Shown here piece by piece: positions 57,658-64,000 of a stretch of 64,000 bases of DNA. Numbering within the stretch: position 1 is the stretch's first letter; each line of letters opens with the position of its first letter. Both the position numbers and the translations under genes were made by a program. Source of the DNA: a bacterium. GTDB lineage: Bacteria > UBA8248. The stretch is taken from the NCBI GenBank assembly GCA_965213625.1, contig CBDBZU010000004.1, forward strand, positions 4,070,369-4,134,368. The letters are read 5' to 3'. A model generated the notes under the pieces. The model saw only the letters and a program-made list of their open reading frames with translations, made no database searches and had not been told where the DNA came from.

Positions 57658-58829
57658 GGGGTAGCTATTTCCGTGTCTAGATGATCGGGCAGATGGTATC
57701 TGACATCCTCGAGCATTGAGGCCTCGAGCAGAAAGACGAAATTGTTAGCCTGCCATTTCTCACCGATCCCGGGAGCAATTCTGTGGGTAACTCCATGGGC
57801 TCTGCGGGACCATTTCATCCATTGCAACAGCCCCTTGGTTAGCAACTTGGGGATCTGTAACTGATCGGCGAGTTCGTCGCCCAACACCGCGCGGGAAACC
57901 CTTGATACGTGCTTGACCATGGCGTCATGATCGGCGAAATCTGTTTTGCCTGCTATCAGGGGCAAAGCTTCGATCAAGGCGTTCGCAATGGCGGCTGATT
58001 CTTCGTTTGGCGAGGGCTCGCACAAGGTAGCGATCTGAGCGAATTCCAGAGTTTTCTCATAATCGCCCTCGAACAGAAGGTCCTCGGGCGCGCCGATGAG
58101 CCAAGAGGCGTATCGCCATGCCTGCATGAAGCCGTTGCGCGTCTCGTCATCGAGCTTTGCGCCGAGAATCTCGGCATGTGAGAGCATGGTCGCGGAGAAG
58201 TTGGCTGAAGCGAGGGCGATATGCGCGGAACTAAGCGGCGCGCCGTATACGGATTCGTCCCAGTCACTCTCCTCACGAATCAATCTTCTGAGTCGCGCAT
58301 GCACCAGTCGTATGCGGACCGAGAGCTTCCACCCGTCTCCATGACGCTCGAGCGCGCCCGGCATCATGATCTCGATGAAATGCTTCGTGTTCTGCCGAAT
58401 CCTTCGCATGCCGAAACCGCCCATAACCCGACCGCTGGCGAAGAACGACTTGGCGATAAGGGTAGCCGCGTTCCGTATCGTTACCAGGAAAAACGCGGGG
58501 ATGAATAAATCCGAATGCGCATGAAAAGCGCGGTGACCCGGATACAGCGCTTTCGGGTTGTACCACTCAGGCTTCTTACCTAACTCGTCGAAAAAAAATC
58601 GGAGTTCTTCCGGCGAATCTTCCAGACCCTTCTCGTCCTGCTGCATGGCGGCCTTGATGAATCGGTTGGCTTCTCCCGGGGCGAACGCGGCGAGGGCTTC
58701 GATGACAGCGTCGGCGGCCGGATCTTCGACCATCGTTTGTTCGATGTATTTTTCGGCGAGTTCCGGGTTTACCGTCCGGGCTTTTTCGTAACCTTCGCGG
58801 TACGCTGATGGGATATACAGTCCTGCCAT
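57651..58829 (-). CDS. MpaB/DUF2236-family heme oxygenase-like protein (Lcp-related)
   Basis: DPAADAV; GDGWKLSVRIRLVHARLR; WDESVYGAPLS; WRYASWLIG. Confidence 0.82.
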   Translation of the reverse strand: MAGLYIPSAYREGYEKARTVNPELAEKYIEQTMVEDPAADAVIEALAAFAPGEANRFIKAAMQQDEKGLEDSPEELRFFFDELGKKPEWYNPKALYPGHRAFHAHSDLFIPAFFLVTIRNAATLIAKSFFASGRVMGGFGMRRIRQNTKHFIEIMMPGALERHGDGWKLSVRIRLVHARLRRLIREESDWDESVYGAPLSSAHIALASANFSATMLSHAEILGAKLDDETRNGFMQAWRYASWLIGAPEDLLFEGDYEKTLEFAQIATLCEPSPNEESAAIANALIEALPLIAGKTDFADHDAMVKHVSRVSRAVLGDELADQLQIPKLLTKGLLQWMKWSRRAHGVTHRIAPGIGEKWQANNFVFLLEASMLEDVRYHLPDHLDTEIATPW

Positions 58830-59670
58830 GGTTCCGTCTCACAATAGGTATGGCGAGTTACTGTCCAATCTGTGCTGGCATGATGGAGTTTCTTGCCCGC
58901 TTGTGAATCGCGGAGGGATGGCCAAACTGCCGAAGGCGGTGATCTTGAAAACCACTGAGCGGAATCTCAGGTGGTTCGGATTCCTGTCCTCCCGTTGTTT
59001 CATTCGGGCAGACCTTGTGGTCAATCGAGTTTATCGAAGCTTTTCTCGCATGTCGCTCCGGACACCATCGGACACGACAACGAATTGCTGCCGGCCCAAG
59101 CCTTCTGATCATCCTCAACCCACCATTGAACATACTATCCTACATAGATTCGAAGTCATTTGCAACAAATATTAATTGCGTCAGGCTCAGCATATTTGAG
59201 CCGGCCCCGAGTCCGGAAATACATGCGCAATGAACGGCTGCCGCCTTTCGAATCGCGCCGGGCATGTGGACTGCCATGGAGACATAAGCGTTTCCCGGAA
59301 GCGGGGTATGGAGTGGAATCGACACCTGAGGAAAATTTCTCTACTTACCACCCGCGCTAAAGCGGCCGTACGCCAACCTTGAACAAACGTGTATGGACGC
59401 GCCCAGGATTGCAAACATGGTTTTGAATAGTTCGGCGCAAAGTGGTCAGGCGCATTCGTGTATCCGGCCTCTCGATTGCGGCTTTTCACTTGCCGCGGGC
59501 CTGTATGGAGATGCGAGGACCGGGTCCATATCGCATACGCGAGCTTGAAAGCTCTCCGTTCGGTCCCTGGTTTTCCCGATCCCGTCTCGTTGACCGTTTG
59601 CCCCTACACTACCCTCCGACCTGCTTACATTCCTCCCGGCTATATTCGCCCCCCCCCCCCCCCCGCCCGC

Positions 59671-59950
59671 TCAGATGACCGGCGCAGGCTCCCTGTAGAA
59701 TTCCCTGTTCGTCATCAGCGCCCAGGCGATGCGCGCCATCCTGTTGGCCAGCGCCACCGCGACCAGCATACGAGGCTTGCGCGCCAGCATCCGGGCCAGC
59801 CATGAACCCGCCGGCGCACCGCGCCGGTCCGCCCAGCGCACCACCGTCATCGCGCCTATGATCAACAGCCGCCTGATGTCGCGCTGGCCCATCTTCGATA
59901 TCCTGCCCAGCCGCTCCTTGCCGCCCGTGGAGTTCTGCCGGGGCACGAGG
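59671..59950 (-). pseudogene. IS110 transposase, C-terminal part
   Basis: LVPRQNSTGGKERLGRISKMG..VALANRMARIAWAL. Confidence 0.88.
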
Positions 59951-59951
59951 C

Positions 59952-61293
59952 GGCGCATCCTGCTGAAATGGGTTTGTCAAAGAGCCCGGTCATTCAGCAC
60001 AAGGAGATGCGCCACCATGAGAGAAGATAAGACGATACCCTTTGTAAGTCCAGCGTTCCGTGACGAGTTGAGCGACTTGGTGCGCGCGGGCGCGCAACGA
60101 ATCATCCGCCAGGCGGTGGAAGCGGAGTTGAATGCCTTTCTGGAAGAACATGCGGGCGAGCAAGACGCGCAGGGCCGCCGCGCGGTGGTTCGCAACGGCT
60201 ATCTGCCGTCGCGGGAGGTATTGACGGGTGTGGGCCCGGTCGAGGTCCAGGTGCCGCGGGCGCGGGACCGTTCGGGCTCGGGCCGGCGCTTCCGCTCGGA
60301 GTTGTTGCCTCCGTATCTGAAGAAGACGAATCGTGTGGAGGCGGTGATCCCTTGGCTGTACCTCAAGGGGGTCTCGACGAACGACTTCGGCGAGGCGCTG
60401 CGGGCGCTGTTCGGCGAATCGGTGGGGGGCTTGTCCCCGGCGAGCATCACACGTCTCAAGGAGGGGTGGGATCGCGAGTACGCCGCGTGGCGCAAGCGGG
60501 CGTGGCATGGCGAGGAGTTCGTATATCTATGGGCGGACGGTATCTACTTGAACGTCCGCAGCGGGGAGCGGCGGTGTCTATTGGTGGTTGTGGGCTGCGA
60601 CGCGCGTGGCCGCAAGCGCTTCGTGGCCCTGGAACCAGGCTTTAGGGAGTCGAAGGAGAGCTGGCAGGCGGTTCTGTTGAGCCTGCGTGACCGGGGCGTG
60701 AAGGCGGCGAAGCTGGCGGTGGGCGACGGGAGTCTGGGGTTCTGGTTGGCCCTGGCGGAGGTTTATCCCGAGACCCGTGCGCAGCGCTGCTGGGTGCACA
60801 AGACGGCGAACGTTCTCGACAAGATGCCCAAAAGCGTTCAGGGCGAAGCGAAGTCGATGCTCCATGAGATGTGGGGGGCCGACACCCGCGCGCATGCGCA
60901 GGGCGCGTTCGAACGCTTCTGCGCCACCTGGGAGGCGAAGTACCCCAAAGCCGTCGAGTGCCTGGCGAAGGACGAGGATGAGTTGTTCTCCTTCTACGAC
61001 TTCCCGGCGGGGCACTGGCGGAGTATCCGGACGACGAACCCCATCGAGTCGACCTTCGCCACTATCCGGCTGCGAACGGCGAAGACGAGGAACTGCCTGA
61101 GCGAGAAGTCGGCGCTGAGCCTCGTTCATCAACTCGCCATGAGCGCCGAGAAGCGATGGGGGCCGCTACGCGGCCTGCGTCATCTGGCGGACGTGATCAC
61201 CGACGTGAGATTCATCGATGGGGTGAACGAAAACGAAACCGGCAGGGAGGCCGCTGAACTCATGACGGCCATACACAACATTTGACAGTAACT
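59952..61293 (+). mobile_element. IS256-family element
   Basis: Flanked by duplicated CACGAGGC (59944-59951 / 61294-61301); right end ..CAACATTTGACAGTAAC. Confidence 0.85.
60017..61285 (+). CDS. IS256-family transposase
   Basis: RNGY, YLKGVST, YLWADGIY, VGDG, QRCWVHK, RTTNPIES. Confidence 0.93.
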   Translation: MREDKTIPFVSPAFRDELSDLVRAGAQRIIRQAVEAELNAFLEEHAGEQDAQGRRAVVRNGYLPSREVLTGVGPVEVQVPRARDRSGSGRRFRSELLPPYLKKTNRVEAVIPWLYLKGVSTNDFGEALRALFGESVGGLSPASITRLKEGWDREYAAWRKRAWHGEEFVYLWADGIYLNVRSGERRCLLVVVGCDARGRKRFVALEPGFRESKESWQAVLLSLRDRGVKAAKLAVGDGSLGFWLALAEVYPETRAQRCWVHKTANVLDKMPKSVQGEAKSMLHEMWGADTRAHAQGAFERFCATWEAKYPKAVECLAKDEDELFSFYDFPAGHWRSIRTTNPIESTFATIRLRTAKTRNCLSEKSALSLVHQLAMSAEKRWGPLRGLRHLADVITDVRFIDGVNENETGREAAELMTAIHNI

Positions 61294-61294
61294 C

Positions 61295-62044
61295 ACGAGG
61301 CCGAGCCACGGAGAAGTCCCGCCCGCTCCGGAAGCTCTCCATCGGCGGCGCGAAGGCCAGTATCGCCGACGCGCAGATCGGCCCGATTCCCGGGATGCTC
61401 ATCAACCGCCTCGCCTCCTCGTCCTCATAAGCGCCCGAGCGGATCCGGCTCTCCAGTTCCCCGACTTTCCTGTTCAGGTCGGCGATCTGCCCGAGCAGAA
61501 GCCCGCCCGGTTCGCGAACAGACTCGGGCAGCCCCGAGTCCGGGTCCGCAACGGCGGACGCCAGCCGTACGACGTGGGCGGTACCCTTGGGGGCGATGAC
61601 GCCGAACTCCGCCAGGTGCCCGCGCAAGGCGTTGACCGTCTGGGTCCGCTGGCGAACCAGCAAGTCGCGCGTGCGGTACAGCATCCCCCGGGCCTGCTGC
61701 TCTTCTGTCTTCACGGCCACGAACCTCATAGTGGGACGAGAGGCAGCCTCGCAGATCGCCTCCGCGTCCGCGGCGTCGTTTTTCTGACGCTTGACGAACG
61801 CCTTCACATATCGCGGTGGCATGATCTTCACCTCATGGCCGATTTCGCCGATCTCGCGGCCCCAATAGTGCGCACTCCCGCATGCCTCCATCGCAACCCG
61901 GCACTGAGGCTGCGATTCCAGAAAACCCAACACCTTCCCCCGCGTCAGCTTCTTGCGGAACGCGACCGACCCGTCCGGGCGCGCGCCGTGGAGTTGAAAA
62001 CCGTGTTTCGCCAAGTCGATGCCGATGATGTGGACCTGTTCCAT
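61295..62044 (-). pseudogene. IS110 transposase, N-terminal part
   Basis: IGIDLAK, MEACG, KNDAADAEAI, IPGIGP; apparent small deletion at DFS(A)WLG next to the IS256 insertion. Confidence 0.88.
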
Positions 62045-62665
62045 CTCGCTCCTCCCGCAGGGCGGCAGACCATGTCAACTCGCCCAGTTTGATGGCGCCG
62101 GGAGGGCGCGTCCACCCCATCGCATACATAGTTGCGCAGGCGCCGTGTTGTCCCTGAAGTTGTTGCAGTCTGCATTTGACAGATATTCCAATTGCTTTTA
62201 GTCTGCCTCAGTATATTTGAGCTAGATGCCAGAGACCAAAATTCATGCGACCCATACAGCTACCCCCACTGAATTCGCTCCAGGCATTTGAATCGGCGGC
62301 GAGATATGAGAGTTTCCTCTTTCCAATTCTCCTTCGAGCCCCGGAACTCCGCCTCTAGAGCCAAGATCAAAGGCGGATACGCAAGTTGCTTCGTCCGTCC
62401 TTAGGTACAAATCTGCTGTCCGCCGGGGTGGGTGTTCTAGGTGTGTACGCCTTACGGACACGGACGCGCCCCGGCGACCTGAGGTCGCTAGGGGAGTCCC
62501 GAACCAAGCTGCACGTAGTATCCGTATGTGGACGACACGAGGCGGGTGTCGCATGACGTTGCGTTGACGCGTGGGCGGTGAACGGGCGAGAGGCGAACGC
62601 GTTCCGGGCATATGCGGTGCGCAAGATTGCGGGCCCCAACAAAGCGCTGGCGATGGGGGTTTCGT

Positions 62666-62691
62666 CTCTAGGGTTTACCTCTAGGGTTTAC
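62666..62691. repeat. 13-bp tandem repeat x2
   Basis: CTCTAGGGTTTAC CTCTAGGGTTTAC, about 70 bp upstream of the MMPL gene. Confidence 0.7.
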
Positions 62692-62762
62692 GGTGCCCCG
62701 GAGCAATCTGAACACGCAACCTGAAACGGCGCCCGGCCCAAGGCAGGGAGATGATTACTCTA

Positions 62763-64000
62763 ATGCTATTCGAAATTTATATCGACGGCATTCTTCGCCG
62801 GCGTTGGCTGGCGGTCGCGGTCGCCGCGTTGATCACGCTGATCGCGGGATCGGGCTTGCGTTTCATCGAAAACACGAACGACTACCGCATCATGTTCAGT
62901 GAAGACAACCCACAGCTTGCCGCCTTCAAGGCGCTGGAGAACACTTTCTCCACTTCCAACTCGGCGCTCATCGCCGTAGCGCCCCGAGGAGGATCGGTGT
63001 TCACCAAAGAGGCGCTCGGCGCGCTTGAAAAGTTGACCCGATCTGCTTGGAAGACGCCGCACTCGAGCCGTGTCGACTCCCTCACAAACTACACCCACAG
63101 CCGAGCGGCGGGGGATGAATTGATCGTCGCTCCACTCGTCGATGACTCAAGCACGCTCGGTGACGCCGATATCGTGAAAATCCGGAAAATCGCGCTCGGC
63201 GCCACGGAAATCGCCGGACGCCTCGTCTCGCGCGACGGGCGTGTGGGCGGGCTGGTGATCACCTTCGTCCTGCCCGAAAACATGAAAACCGCCGTAAACG
63301 AGATAACCGATTTTCTGAACAATCTACTGGAGAAGGCCCGCGCGAAACACCCGGAGATCGCCTATTACCTGACTGGCGACGTTATTATGAACCACGCCTT
63401 CGCCGAAGTCACGAAAGAAGACCAGCAAACCCTTGTGCCGATCGCGTTTTTGATGGTCATCCTGACCACTGCTTTTCTTTTGCGGTCGGTGCTGGGCTCG
63501 GTGGCCATCGTAGTCACGATCGTGTTCATTCTAATGAGCACGTTGGGGATCGCAGGGTGGCTCGGTACGGTGTTCAGCCCCGCCAACGCCAGCGTACCGA
63601 TCATCGTCATGGCGGTCGCTGTAGCGAACTCGGTTCACATTGTAACGGCCGCGCTGCTGAACATGGGCAACGGCCTCGAAAAGAATGCGTCGATTGCCGA
63701 ATCTATTCGGAGTAACGCTTGGCCGGTGTTTCTGACTTCGGCCACGACGGCGATTGGGTTCCTGAGCCTGAACACATCGGACTCTCCTCCTTTCCGCACC
63801 TTGGGCAATCTCATGGCGATCGGCGTGGCGTGCGCCTTTGTCTATTCGATGACCCTGCTGCCGGCGCTGCTTTCGCTTCTGCCGCAGCGCGCGCTGCGCC
63901 GTCGCTCGAAGGGATCCGGATTGTTCGATCGCTTCGGCGACTTCGTCGTCGAACGCCGCGCGTTTTTACTTTGTTTCGTAGCTATCGTGACTGCCCTCCT
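62763..64000 (+). CDS. MMPL/RND-family transporter (partial, runs off the window)
   Basis: MLFEIY..DYRIMFSEDNPQL..SRVDSLTNY..LTSATTAIGFLSLN. Confidence 0.85.
   Translation, partial: MLFEIYIDGILRRRWLAVAVAALITLIAGSGLRFIENTNDYRIMFSEDNPQLAAFKALENTFSTSNSALIAVAPRGGSVFTKEALGALEKLTRSAWKTPHSSRVDSLTNYTHSRAAGDELIVAPLVDDSSTLGDADIVKIRKIALGATEIAGRLVSRDGRVGGLVITFVLPENMKTAVNEITDFLNNLLEKARAKHPEIAYYLTGDVIMNHAFAEVTKEDQQTLVPIAFLMVILTTAFLLRSVLGSVAIVVTIVFILMSTLGIAGWLGTVFSPANASVPIIVMAVAVANSVHIVTAALLNMGNGLEKNASIAESIRSNAWPVFLTSATTAIGFLSLNTSDSPPFRTLGNLMAIGVACAFVYSMTLLPALLSLLPQRALRRRSKGSGLFDRFGDFVVERRAFLLCFVAIVTAL

Larger units (their letters stand above)
59385..62127 (-). mobile_element. IS110-family (IS1111-type) element interrupted by IS256
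   Basis: Sub-terminal 11-bp IRs TGGACGCGCCC (59394-59404) / GGGCGCGTCCA (62104-62114); split DEDD transposase; downstream non-coding region. Confidence 0.85.

Noticed and set aside
59649-59664. 16-nt poly-C tract as a phase-variation switch
   Set aside because: Non-coding, inside a dead IS; may be a homopolymer artefact
59729-60016. N-terminal extension of the IS256 transposase ORF
   Set aside because: Mostly antisense IS110 sequence outside the IS256 boundary; the real start is the AAGGAG-preceded ATG at 60017
62130-62690. Short ORFs upstream of the MMPL gene
   Set aside because: No recognisable motifs or RBS; treated as intergenic

Overview
This window is almost entirely a GC-rich accessory island between two probable host genes: a Tat-exported sulfite-oxidase-family molybdoenzyme (56-1150) and a partial MMPL/RND transporter (62763-end). 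About 1.5-41.3 kb is an F-type integrative conjugative element. It has a tandem tyrosine-integrase pair, an S24/CI-like repressor, a MOBF relaxase traI, traD, a full traA-L-E-K-B-V-C...trbI-trhF-traW-U-trbC-traN-F-H-G block (trhF carries an in-frame amber stop), and a leading region with parB, a GHKL ATPase, DUF2958, a strawberry-notch methylase/helicase, a primase, HU and a truncated ssb. A second, collapsed integrase array (41.4-44.1 kb) follows. Cargo includes an MmeI-like remnant, an ApeA-like HEPN defence gene, a group II intron 5' fragment and an orphan NHLP/proteusin precursor with core LCCCW (SrpE-like, which suggests a sponge symbiont; inference). The best candidate for an undescribed system is at 47.8-53.7 kb: an inverted, partly duplicated set of small secreted proteins (single Calx-beta domains and triple 6-Cys-repeat proteins) in which one signal peptide is joined to two unrelated mature domains exactly at the cleavage site. 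After that come an MpaB-oxygenase/sulfotransferase/MATE module, bracketed by copies of an IS110 (IS1111-type) non-coding end, and an IS110 interrupted by IS256. All family assignments come from motif recognition by eye; no database searches were run.
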